Assembly (NCBI GenBank): GCA_043228905.1
Contig: JBHGNT010000011.1
Coordinates: 6,262,001-6,326,000, forward strand
DNA: 64,000 bases
Origin: Azolla caroliniana
Lineage: Eukaryota; Plantae; Polypodiophyta
Reading direction: 5' to 3'
Part shown: positions 25,227 through 36,914 of the stretch, one piece after another
Layout of the letters: each line of letters opens with the position of its first letter
Position numbering within the stretch: position 1 is the stretch's first letter
Translations under genes and position numbers: made by a program
Notes under the pieces: model-generated
The model's input: the letters and a program-made list of their open reading frames with translations, nothing else
Told to the model about the DNA's origin: nothing
Databases searched by the model: none

Positions 25227-26535
25227 ATATTCCCTCACTTAGGAATATTTGTGGCTCTAATAATAAGCCTTGCTAGTGAGCCTTATATGTCCTATTAATA
25301 TACATATATATTGATGTGGATTAACAAGGGTTTCATTCCTTCAATCACTTGTATGCAATATCAAATAAAATAAACCAACATATTCTTGATCACATGTCCT
25401 TTCGGTTAAACAAAAAACAAAAACAAAATCTTCCTTTGTTTTGGTACTTCATAAATTTTCGACATTGACAAAAGTTGGCATTTTATCTTTTTTTAATTAA
25501 AAGCATTTACTTTTGATCTTGTATGGATTGAAGACACTCTCTTTCAATATTTTCTTGACCAAATACATTTCCTCTTGATCCTAAAGCATTCATTATATTA
25601 ACATCTGGTGACAAGGTATTTGATTTGCTCTTCTGTAGAATAGATTTATATTGATACCAAAGTTTAATGGAAATAGTCACAACGAGACCATTTATATACT
25701 TGTATTGATGCAGAGATTAACGCTCAATCTAGTAAATATAACTCCTTAAACTTAATGCTTAATTTCAACATTAAAGGTCTTTGAAGTTTCAAGTTATGGT
25801 GTACCATTTAACAATGTAGGTGTAGTCGAGTAAAACCAATGACCACTTTAGTATGTATGTAATGATTTCCATTAGTTAATGTCATCTGCCTTCTCTAATC
25901 CTCTACCACAAGATAATTTGTTCTGTATTGTGGAAATGTTTCTTTCACTTAATTTGAATTTGTTCTTCCCTCTTATAACTTTGACCCTTAAGAAGTTTGC
26001 CTACATTAGTGTCATTACCCCTATGTTTTAAAAGTTTTAAGCTTATACGGGAATCAACTTTCCTTAGAGTATCATTGTGCCCCTGCCTAGAGGAATATCG
26101 AAGATATTCTCAAGAATTTGACTAGTTGGTTAAATGAAGTGGCGCCAATCATCTCTTGGTTTTCACAATAAACCCATACAAGTCATTTTCCCTTTAGTTA
26201 TGACGCTACAAGTGAGTAGATTTTACCTTTTCTCTTGTAAAGATATTTGACATAATCTCCTTGTAATTACACCATAGAGTCTTCAAAGAAATTATACACA
26301 TGAACTTGAACCGTTTTTTTTTCTTAAGTTTAGGAATCTTGGGTAGATTGTGAAATGGTTTAGAGTTTAATGAAAATAGTCATGGTGAGATCATTTATGT
26401 ACTTTTTTGGGCAAGTGATCCATAGTCTCTCAAATATATAGCTCCTTAACTTAATGCTAATGGTAAAGGTTTTTGAAGTTTTGAGTAAGAGTGTAGTAGG
26501 TCTAGTTGAATAAATCAAGTGACCACTCCTATATC

Positions 26536-27301
26536 TAGGGATCGGCAACGGCTCGGCTCAAGCCTAAACCGTTTAGCTAAACTGGCTTAGCCACTTAGCA
26601 GCTTGGCTCGTTCAGTTTAGGCTTGAGCCTACCTGAACAGTTTGAGCTCGGCTCGGCTCGGCTTGAGCCTTGCCAAACCGGCTCAAACTGGTTAAGCCGT
26701 TTAAGCCATTTATGTCATTTAGGAGATAGGGTTTAGAAAGTTAGAAGTTAGAACTTGAAAGTTGACAAAGAGACTAAGAGGAAGCCATAAGCAACATAAT
26801 GTTGAGTGACGAGAGAGGGAGGGACAAAGAGGGAGAGAGAGCTTGCATAGTGGACGATCAGGGGACCTACTTGATGTTCAGTGTTATATACATTCTTTAG
26901 AGAAGGATTGGATCACCAAGAGTGATAGGTCGCCATAGCCTTGATCCTCATGGCGAAGGTCATGGGAGGCAGGGGATTTGTGGATGTCAATCGGCCAATC
27001 ATAGTAGTCTACAAAGAGGGAGTCATGGAGGTGGGACTTGGAGTTGAGTTTGACTTATCAATGGTAAGGCTAAGGGGGTGAGAGTTATGAGGAGGAGAAG
27101 AAGAGTAGGAGGAATGGTAGTGGTAGTGGTGGTTTTTGGGTATCTTCAACTTTTTTGTCCCAAACCGGCTCCCAAACCAGTTCCTAAACCGGTTTAGGGA
27201 TCGGTTTGTTTTGGTTCGGTTCAAGTTCGAGAACCCCAAAACGGTTTAGGCTTAACCAGTTTGGTGTTGTTAAGCCAAAACCGAATTGTTGCCGATTCCT
27301 A
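26536..27301. mobile_element. Non-autonomous hAT element
   Basis: TIR TAGGGATCGGCAAC / GTTGCCGATTCCTA; perfect 8-bp TSD CCTATATC (26528-26535, 27302-27309); subterminal GGCTC/AACCG repeats. Confidence 0.92.
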
Positions 27302-27311
27302 CCTATATCTA

Positions 27312-28087
27312 TGTTAAGAATTAGGTGATTAACTAAGTCTTAATTAGTTACACCTAGTTATGTGATTAAGTTAAGCAGAAGATTAAGTGATATGTGTGTG
27401 TATGTTTGTGAGAGGAAGAGAGAGAGAAGTACACTTATGAGCAACACAAGATGGGGAATGATTACCTCTATATTAACTTAGCATTATCATCATCTACAAA
27501 AATACCCACAATGAGGTATATATACATCTCATGTGCAAAGGTGCGCATGTGTGAGTAAAATACAGGTACTAAGGTGTAAGTCCTATATTAAATGTACTTA
27601 GGAGTGGAGGATCTAGAATATCCCACTTAAGTACAAGGTCCTATTTGAGGCATTATAGTCAACACTTCTAACTAGATTCTATCTAGGTAACTACGAAGTT
27701 ACATGGTTGACTAACTAGCTAAACTAAGTTGAGCTTGATCTCTCAACATGCCCCCTCAAGCTCAAGTGTGAGGCGTCCGCCATCCGCTTTGGCTTTCGTC
27801 GGCTTCGTGTGCTTTCGTCCAACCTTCGACTTTCTTTGTCGTGGCAATCTCAATTCCTCCCCCAAGCCGTGACGAAGGCTTGTAGTGTGTGGGCGAAGGT
27901 TGAGTACTTCCACCCATCATGGGTTACGAGCCACTTCGGTGGAGCTCTTGGGCTCTTGTTCGGTCGCCACCTTCATCGCAAAGGCATAATGATGGGCCAT
28001 GTACTGGTTGTGGCCGAGCCAAGTGATGAGATTCTTCTCTCTAGAAGAACGTCTAAGTTTTTCGCTCGTCGATGTGAGCGCCTTCTT
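27312..28087 (-). mobile_element. Copia family Y-like deleted 3' end: IN-RT linker remnant, PPT, LTR 27312-27750
   Basis: Minus strand reads RRSSR...NQYMAHHYAFAMKVATEQEPKS; TTGAGGGGGCA PPT then TGTTGAGA...TCTTAACA. Confidence 0.75.
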
Positions 28088-29854
28088 TGACGAGAACTAA
28101 ACGCTCCTTATGCGCAACGCTCAGCCACAACCGAGCTTAGAATCATACACAATAAAAACAGGAATGAATGCACGACATAGTGAAGAGAAGAGTACACAGG
28201 ATGTTTACGTGGAAAACCCAAACTAGGAAAAAACCACAGCAGCCCACAGGCTGCAAACTATCACTATGTTACAGTGTACAATAGTAAAGCACTGAGGCAA
28301 CAACCTCGAGCTTTCTATCTTCGCCACAGGCGGCGGTTACAACAGAGGAAACGACCTCTTCCTCTTTCTCTCTCTCTCTCTGTACATAGTTACGCGCTCT
28401 GATCTTCTTGTGCCAACAAGAATGACAACCACACTCAACATCACCACCAATAAGTTTGCCCTAAGTCATATTTATACTAATATGACTTTTCGGCTATTTA
28501 CAAATATAGCTTCGATGGACTCTCAGAAACATATTTACGAATATGTCTCTTCATCCGGTGAGCACTCCTCACCGGGCCTGCATCATCTGACGCTTGCCGG
28601 GTACTAGCCATCCGGTTCTCACCGGGTCTGCACCATCCGGCTCTCCGTAGCCGGGTTCTCCTCATCTGGTTCTCACCGGGTCTGCACCATCCGGCTCTCC
28701 TTAGTCGGGTTCTCCTCATCCGGTTCTCACCAGGTCTACACCATCCAACTCTCCGTAGCCAGGTACTCGTCATCCGGTTTCGGCCTCGGCCGAGTTTGCT
28801 CATCAGCACTGTTCTTCTCTCTTCCCATCTGGAGGGACCTGTCTCCCAACAAACTCCCCCTTCACTCCGGCATGGGGTGTCTTACTAGTCCGATCCGCTT
28901 CCGGCATGCATCCAGCTTGTCGGGTATCAACACTTTGGTCAGCATATCTGACCCATTCTCGGCCGTATGGATCTTCGTCAACGCGAATTCCTGGTCATCT
29001 ACTCTTTCCCGGATCCAGTGATACCTTCGTTGGATATGCTTCGTCCGGGAATGGTAGGCCGCATTCTTAGCAAGGTGGATGGCACTTTGGCTGTCGCAAT
29101 AGAGCCGGTATTCATCTTGTCGGATACCGAGCTCTCCGATGAAGTCCTTCATCCATAATATTTCCTTGCCGGCTTCCACAGCCGCCATGTACTCCGCCTC
29201 CGTGGTTGACAACGCAACCGTCTTCTGCAGCCTCAACTGCCACGAAACAGCTCCCCCTGCATATGTCATTACATACCCGGATGTAGACCGGCTAGTATCC
29301 ACATCAGCCGACATGTCCGAATCGGTAAAACCGTCAAGTTGAGGTTTTCCGGAGCCGAATCAGAGACACATATGCGAAGTGCCCTTCAAGTACCGGAGTA
29401 TCCATTTGACCGCGTTCCAGTGCTCCTTGCCGGGATTGCTCATGAACCGGCTCACCACTCCGACTGCGTATCCTATATCCAGTCGGGTACACACCATTGC
29501 TTACATTAAGCTCCCGACGGCAGAGGCATATGGAATCTTCATCATATCCTCCTTCTCTGCTTTCGTCTTCGGGCTTTGTTTACCGGATAACCTGCAGTTT
29601 GCCGGAAGTGTCAATCCGACCAGTTTCGCATCTGACATGTTGAACCGGTGAAGCACCTTTGTCACGTACTTCTCTTGTGACAGCCACAATTGTTTCACTG
29701 ACCGTTTCCGGATAATATGCATCCCCAACATCTGTCTTGCCAGACCCAAGTCTTTCATTGAGAAGGTTCGGTTGAGAGCCTTCTTCAGCATCCGTATTTC
29801 GACTTGGTCCCATCCGACGATCAACATGTCATCCACGTACAGAAGGAGTATCAA
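28088..29854 (-). mobile_element. Copia family X copy 3: RT end, RNase H, PPT, LTR 28088-28851
   Basis: ORFs 29501-29854 and 28862-29314 match X pol; LTR with 54-bp U3 repeats, closely similar to the solo LTR at 60988. Confidence 0.93.
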
Positions 29855-31918
29855 CTGCTAAAAGGAAAGAGGGCACTCCGGAACAAGTGGGTGTACAAAC
29901 TAAAACCGGGAGACGCTAGAAATCCACCGAGGTACAAGGCCCGGATTGTGGTCAAGGGTTTCTAGAAGAAGAAAGGAGTGGATTTCGACGAGATCTTAGC
30001 CCCGGACGGTACTGAGCATAGCGGCAAGCATGGACCTCGAGGTGGAGCAACTAGATGTCAAAACGGCATTCCTCCATGGTGACCTCGAAGAAGAAATCTA
30101 CATGCAGCAACCGGAAGGATTTGTGGAGAGAGGGAAGGAGCACCTAGTTTTCCAGTTGAAGAAGAGCCTATATGGTTTGAAGCAAGCTCCCCGGCAATGG
30201 TACTGGAAGTTCAACTCCTTCATTACAGATCAAGGGTACCACAAGACGCAAGTCGATCACTGCGTGTTTGTGAAGAAATTTGACTCGAGGAGATTCCTTG
30301 ATATTGCTCCTGTACCTAGACGACATGTTGATCGTTGGACGAGACCAAGTCAAGATACGAATGTTGAAGAAGGCCCTAAACCGGACCTTCTCAATGAAAG
30401 ACTTGGGTTTGTCAAGACAGATTTTGGGGATGCACATCATCGGGGACCGGTCGAAGAAGTTGTTGTGGTTGTCATAGGAGAAGTACGTGACAAAGGTGCT
30501 TCACCGGTTCAACATGTCGGATGCAAAACCAGTCGGATCGACACTCCCTGCAAACTGCAAGCTATCCGAAAAGCAAAGCCTAAGACAAAGGCAGAGAAGA
30601 CGGATATGATGAAGATACCATATGCCTCCGCCGTCGGGAGCTTGATGTGCGCAATGGTGTGTCCCCGGCCGGATATCGGATATGCAGTCAGAGTGGCGAG
30701 TCAGTTCATGAGCAATCCTGGAAAAGTGCAATGGAACACGGTCAAGTGGATACTCCGATATTTGAAAGGCACCTCGAGTATGTGCCTCCGATTCGGCGCT
30801 AGTAAACACCAACTAGGTGGATTCACGGATTCGGATATGTCGGATGATGCGGATACCACTCGGTCTACATCCGGATATGTGATTACTTATGCAGGGGGAG
30901 CTATATCGTGGCAATCGAAGTTGCAGAAGTCTATGGCACTATCAACAATGGAAGTGGAGTACATGGCAACTGTGGAAGCCGGCAAGGAAGTAATATGGAT
31001 GAAGGACTTCATCGGAGAGCTAGGGATTTGACATGAGGAATACCGGCTCTACTGCGACAGTTAAAGTGCCATCCACCTTGAGAAGAATGTGGCCTACCAT
31101 TCCCTGACCAGGCACATCCAAAGGAGATATCACTGGCTCCGGGAGAAGGTAGAAGATCAAGATTTCGTGCTGACGAAGATCCACACAAAGGAGAACGGAT
31201 CGGATATGTTGACCAAGGTGCTTTCAACCGACAAGTTGGACGCATGCCGGAAATGGATCGGATTAACGAGAAATCCCATGCCAGTGTGAAGGGGGAGTTT
31301 GTTGGGAATTCGGTCCCTCCGGATGGGATCCGGATGAGAACCGGAGGAGTCGGATCGGACGAGCCGGATGAAGGAACCGGATCCGGAAGGGTTCCGTATG
31401 AGACCCAGAAACCAAATCGAGTGAATCCTGATGGATCCGGTGCAAACCGGATCCAAGGAAATATATTGTAAATATGTTAGAGTAAGCCCACTGAGGCTAT
31501 ATTTGTAAATAGCCTAAAAGTCATATAAGTATAAATATGACTTAGCGCAATCATTTATTGAGAGTGGTTGTCAATTGTTGTTGAGACCATATTGTATAGA
31601 GAGCGCAGAGAGAGAGTGTGTGTGTGTGAGACATAGAGCGATACTCTATTGTAACCACCACTTGGCGAAGATACAGAGCTCGAGGTCATTGCCTCCAAGT
31701 CTCTGTATGTACCTTTCTCATATAGTGATAGTTTGGAATCTGTGGGCTCCTGTGGTTTTTCCCTATTTAGGGTTTTCCACGTAAACATCTTCTGTTCTCT
31801 ATCGTTGCTTGTGTGTGTACGTGCGTTCACTCCCTACTTCCCTTTTCTGTGTTTCATTCTCATCGAAGTGATTCAAGACTCGGTTGTGGCCGAGCAATAT
31901 TCAACACTATTTCCTACA
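29855..31918 (+). mobile_element. Copia family X copy 4: degenerate RT-RH, PPT, LTR 31300-31918
   Basis: RT from LxKGKRALRNKW onward with stops and frameshifts; GAAGGGGGAG PPT; TGTTGGGAA...TTCCTACA. Confidence 0.92.
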
Positions 31919-32864
31919 TATTTTACATAATGTACGAAGTAGATTACAACACCATCGATCAACTCGCCACAAGAAACCAGTAATTCAGTACGGTTATAAC
32001 GAGTACATGGCGCACCATTATGCGTACATAGCGAAAGTGGCTGAAGTCCGTGAGCCGGAAAGCTTTGCGCAGGCATCATAGGATGCCAAATGGCGTTTAG
32101 CCATGGATGAAAAAATGTGGGCACTTGATGCCACTGACACATGGAACTTGGTTGACCCTCCTTGACACTGCAAACCAATCGGATGTAAGTGGGTATACAA
32201 AGTGAAATACAACGCCGACAGGTCGTTCAACTGATACTATCAAGATTCGAACTCTTGACATGACCAAGTTATAATCGAGTGTTATGTGTTAACCACACAT
32301 CTCACATATAATCAAGTATATACTTCCTCATTGTAGGTTTTAGCTAGCATCATGTGCATAATTTCTCCCTTGTATTATTTACACTTGGCACATGCATGCG
32401 TACCTACTGCCTACATGCTCTATTGTATCACATGCGTGCAACAAGTGTGCATGCCACTTAGTATAAATAGTTGTCAAGTTCACCTTGAAGGAATTGAAGG
32501 TGAACAATGCCAGTCATGGACATATCAATCTAGTATTCTCGTTTCGCCCAATCTTATCTCCTTAATCTTCATCTCTATCTTTATGCTCTTGTGTCATTCC
32601 GTCATCGCTCCTTCATAGCCTCATCATCCGTGCTCCGTCTTAGTCCGCACTTGGTGTGTCCGTGATAGTTTGTTCACCTTCCAACTAGAAGCATCACCCG
32701 TCACCGTCATCGACCTTGCTTCTAGAGTTACCATAGTCACCGTACCATCATCAACATCGTTTCATTTCCTATCTTCCTCGCCATTTCTATCTCCTAGTTT
32801 CTTCTCATCATTTTCCTTGCCTTTTAGTTTCTCCTCATCATTGTCTCTATTTTTTAGTTTCTTT

Positions 32865-33680
32865 CCCGTTCATGTTCATGTTCCAGTTCCCGGTGAGGGC
32901 CGCACAAGGCCGCTCACTCCCATTGGTGTTGGTGTTCTAGTTCTCACTCCCATTGGTGTTCGTGTTCCAGTTCCCGGTGAGGTCCTCACAAGGCCGCTCA
33001 CTCCCGTCGGTGTTCGTGTTACAGTTCCCGGTGAGGGCCGCATGGTCACTCACGTCCGTTTGTGTTCGAGTTCCCGGTGAGGGCCACATGGTCGCTCACG
33101 CACGTTCGTGTTCGAGTTCCCGGTGAGGGCCGCATGGTCGCTCACGCCCGTTCGTGTTCCTGTTCCCGGTGAGGGCCACACATGGCCACTCACTCCCGTT
33201 CGTGTTCCTATTCCTAGTGAGGGCCGCATGGTCGCTCACTCCCGTTCGTGTTCCAGTCTCCTGTGACAACCGCACATGGTCACTCACTCCAACTATTGTT
33301 TGTGTTCTAGATCCCGGTGAGGACCGACATGGTCGCTCATGCCCGTTGTTGTTCATGTTCATGTTCCAGTTCCCGGTGAGGACCACACATGGTCGATTAA
33401 TCCCGTTTGTGTTCCTGTTCCCGGTGAGGGCCACATGGTCGCTCACTCGTTCGTGTTCCATTTCTCGGTGAGGACAACATGGTTGCTCACACCCGTTGGT
33501 GTTCATGTTCCAACTCTCAACGAGGACCGTTCCAGTTCCCGGCAAGGACCCCACATGGTCACTCATGCCCCTTGGTGTTCATGCTCCCCGTGAGGACCGC
33601 ATATGGTCGCTCACACCCGTTGATATTTGTGTTCCAGTCCTACGTGAGGACCACACATGGTCACTCATGCCCGTTGGTGT
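32865..33680 (+). repeat. ~40-46-bp tandem array inside element C
   Basis: GTTCCCGGTGAGGGCCGCATGGTCGCTCACTCCCGTTCGTGTTCCA variants, roughly 18 copies. Confidence 0.9.
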
Positions 33681-33785
33681 TAAATACCTCGTCTTGCGGA
33701 AGGGTTACTCCTTGTCTAGGATTTACAAAATACTTTTGAGGTGATCTAAGATTTTCATCAACAATATCCCCTAAAGTCGACAAAC

Positions 33786-36700
33786 TGTTACCTCGTACGA
33801 GATGTACGGAGAGTCAAGTGTGATGAGCGAGGGTCGAATGTTATCATAATGTTGTGTATGTGTAGGGAGCATAAATGTAATTGTGAGTCGATACGTATGT
33901 GAACACATGCACACGTGTGTGCATGTGGATGGATACGAGGAGGTATGAGTGAGTGTCCAGTATGAATGCTCTAGGGGGCTTACACCCCTTTGTATCTACC
34001 CCCTCTTGTACTATTTAACCCCCTTATGGGGAATGAATGAAAAATGAATCATTTCTCTCTATCTATCTCTCTTTTCATCTCTCTCTCTCTCTCTCTTCCC
34101 TCCCCTTAACGTTGAACCCCCTTGGGAGGGGGGTGGAGCCATTCTAGGCACCACCCCCCACCCCGCAATGCTTCTCAATGCACATGATCTCTCTCGCCAT
34201 CAATCCCATACTCTCCATCATCATCATAACAACAATGTCTATCTTTATCATGATTATCATCGTCCTTAACCCTAGCCCTAAAACATACAACACCTTTTGG
34301 CGACCACTAAGGCGACCCCCCTTTGGAGACGGAATCGAAGAATGATACGCGACAATGTGAGGCATAGTGATGATGATATGTAAGAGATGTCCGGGTAATG
34401 ATGGCGATATGCAGCAAAAGGCGGAAGAAATCAGAAATGGAAGATTGACAAGATTGATTGCTGCACAATTCTACAACAAATTAATCTCTATATGTGAATG
34501 TTTTGTGTGGTCTGTTTTTGCCCTAAATGTCCGAGAAATGTTGGCCAAGATGTACAAAAACGGTGTCAATGCATGAGAGGAAGTTGCAAAACAAGTTGCA
34601 AAAGGATGGCGTTACATGAGTGTGCGAGAATGGAAATGACAATGTGCAAATGTGCGGTTAGCAGCAACGTGTGCGTGTTCCAAGGAGACTGCGGAGGAAG
34701 ACGCAATGTGTGGAGCGTGGGCCAGCAAGATGTGCGGGACCGGAATGGGACGTGTTCACAGTTTCCAGTTTCCAGAGAAGCAACGCGGAAAAAGTTGGAA
34801 CCAGAACAAGAGTTGGTTGGCACCGAAGCGGTCGTAATGGTCGGGCGGCCGTCAGAGTAGACAGAGCCGAAACAGCAACAGTGACGCCGAAAAGCGACGG
34901 ACGGAGAGACAACCGTCAGATATCAACGGCTGACAACCGGATGACGACTGAACAGACCGGCCATGCGACTGCAGACTGGCCGGACGGGGCCGACGAAGAT
35001 GAGAGAGGCTTCAGGAACGGTCATCACCAACCGACAGCAGCCGAAGCGGCCGGAGGGCCGGACAAGGTCAGGGAAGCAAACAGGCCGCCAGGATGACGGA
35101 CGGTGTCGGACGACGACGAAACCGACAGAGACGGTGATGGAGTCCGCAACGGAGGCAGCCGGAGCAACCGAGAGCCGAGGAGCGGCCAAAGCGACCGGAA
35201 TAGCCGACCAGTGGCCAGAGTGGCTAGATAGACCCGGATAGAGACGGAACCGGCCAGAGCGATGGCGGTGGCTGAACAATCGACGACCGGATCGGAGATG
35301 ACGCTGAAACGAAGGGCCAAACAGACACACACAACAACAAACGAGGCATAGATGGACAGAGACGACAACCGGTCGGAAGGAGATACACCAATATGTAGAT
35401 GGAGACAACCGCGGATGCAGGACAAGAAGGACAAGCAATCAAAGAGCGGTCGGAACAACGATGATGACGGCAAAACAAGGGCAGCCACCGGAAAGGAGCC
35501 GGTTGCGGTCGAGGCGGCTGAAATGCACAGAAATGGCCGAAATGCAGCCGGAATGGCCGGAGTGGCTGAAATGCGCCCAGAAAGGCTGGACAACTGACGC
35601 CAAAACAACGGGCCGGATAGTATCGACGACAGATAGAGGAGCGGCGACAACCAACGGTCACGAGTGGCCGGTAGACGACAGAGACAAAGAAATGGAGATA
35701 GTGACGGAGAGACCATGGAATGAGAGAAGGAACTAGAACACACAGAGAATAAAGTAGAGAGTATAGAAGAGAAGGCAGAGAAGGCTTAAGACAGAGGATG
35801 GAGAAAAATGAGCAAGGAAGAGGAAGACAAATACAGAAGAACAACAGAAGAAGACAAGAGAGACAGGAAGGCAAGTAGAGAAGCGGGAAAAGAAAACAGA
35901 AAGAAAGAGGAAGAAGAGGCAAGAAAAAGAAAAAGACAAAAACGGAAAAAAAGAGGGAAAAAGAGAACGATAAGGGGCATTCGAGGAGTTTTGAAAACTT
36001 GAGGGCATTCGAAGAATTTCGAAAAACATGATGGCATTGAAAAAATAAAATAAAAATTTAAAATTTAAAATTTAAAAATCAAAGGGCACATACAAAATTT
36101 TGAAAACTCATCCACCTAAAGAAATGGACGTGATCGACCACACACAACTCAAAACAAAGGAAGAACACACATACATACAACATATTTTTGACGACCCAAA
36201 TGATTTTACGAAGTTCGTAAGTCGACAGAACGAGAATGTTCGTGTCGCGGAAGATTTGCTGACCGACAAATATGTTCGAGTCAAGCATTCCGATCGAGGG
36301 AGTCGATCGTTAAAAGGACCGATGGAAGTTCCGGTCAAAGAAATATCATCATCAAGGCATGTGGGATCGACGTGCAAGGCACTTTCCCACGGGCGTGCCA
36401 TATTGTGTTACCTCGTACGAGATGTACGGAGAGTCAAGTGTGATGAGCGAGGGTCGAATGTTATCATAATGTTGTGTATGTGTAGGGGGCATAAATGTAA
36501 TTGTGAGTCAATACGTATGTGAACACATGCACACGTGTGTGCATGTGGATGGATACGAGGAGGTATGAGTGAGTGTCCAGTATGAATGCTCTAGGGGGCT
36601 TACACCCCTTTGTATCTACCCCCTCTTGTACTATTTAACCCCCTTATGGGGAATGAATGAAAAATGAATCATTTCTCTCTATCTATCTCTCTTTTCATCT

Positions 36701-36914
36701 CTCTCTCTCTCTCTCTCTTCCCTCCCCTTAACGTTGAACCCCCTTGGGAGGGGGGTGGAGCCATTCTAGGCACCACCCCCCACCCTGCAATGCTTCTCAA
36801 TGCACATGATCTCTCTCGCCATCAATCCCATACTCTCCATCATCATCATAACAACCATGTCTATCTTTATCATGATTATCATCGTCCTTAACCCTAGCCC
36901 TAAAACATACAACA
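33786..36914 (+). mobile_element. Young non-coding LTR element D (LTRs 33786-34292, 36406-36914) nested in C
   Basis: TGTTA...CAACA LTRs differ by ~4 substitutions and one CT indel; perfect TSD CAAAC; no gag/pol motifs; orientation inferred from TATTTAA followed by a CT tract. Confidence 0.93.

Noticed and set aside
34367-36037. Many overlapping ORFs inside element D
   Set aside because: Low-complexity GA/GC-rich sequence with no recognisable domain in any frame.
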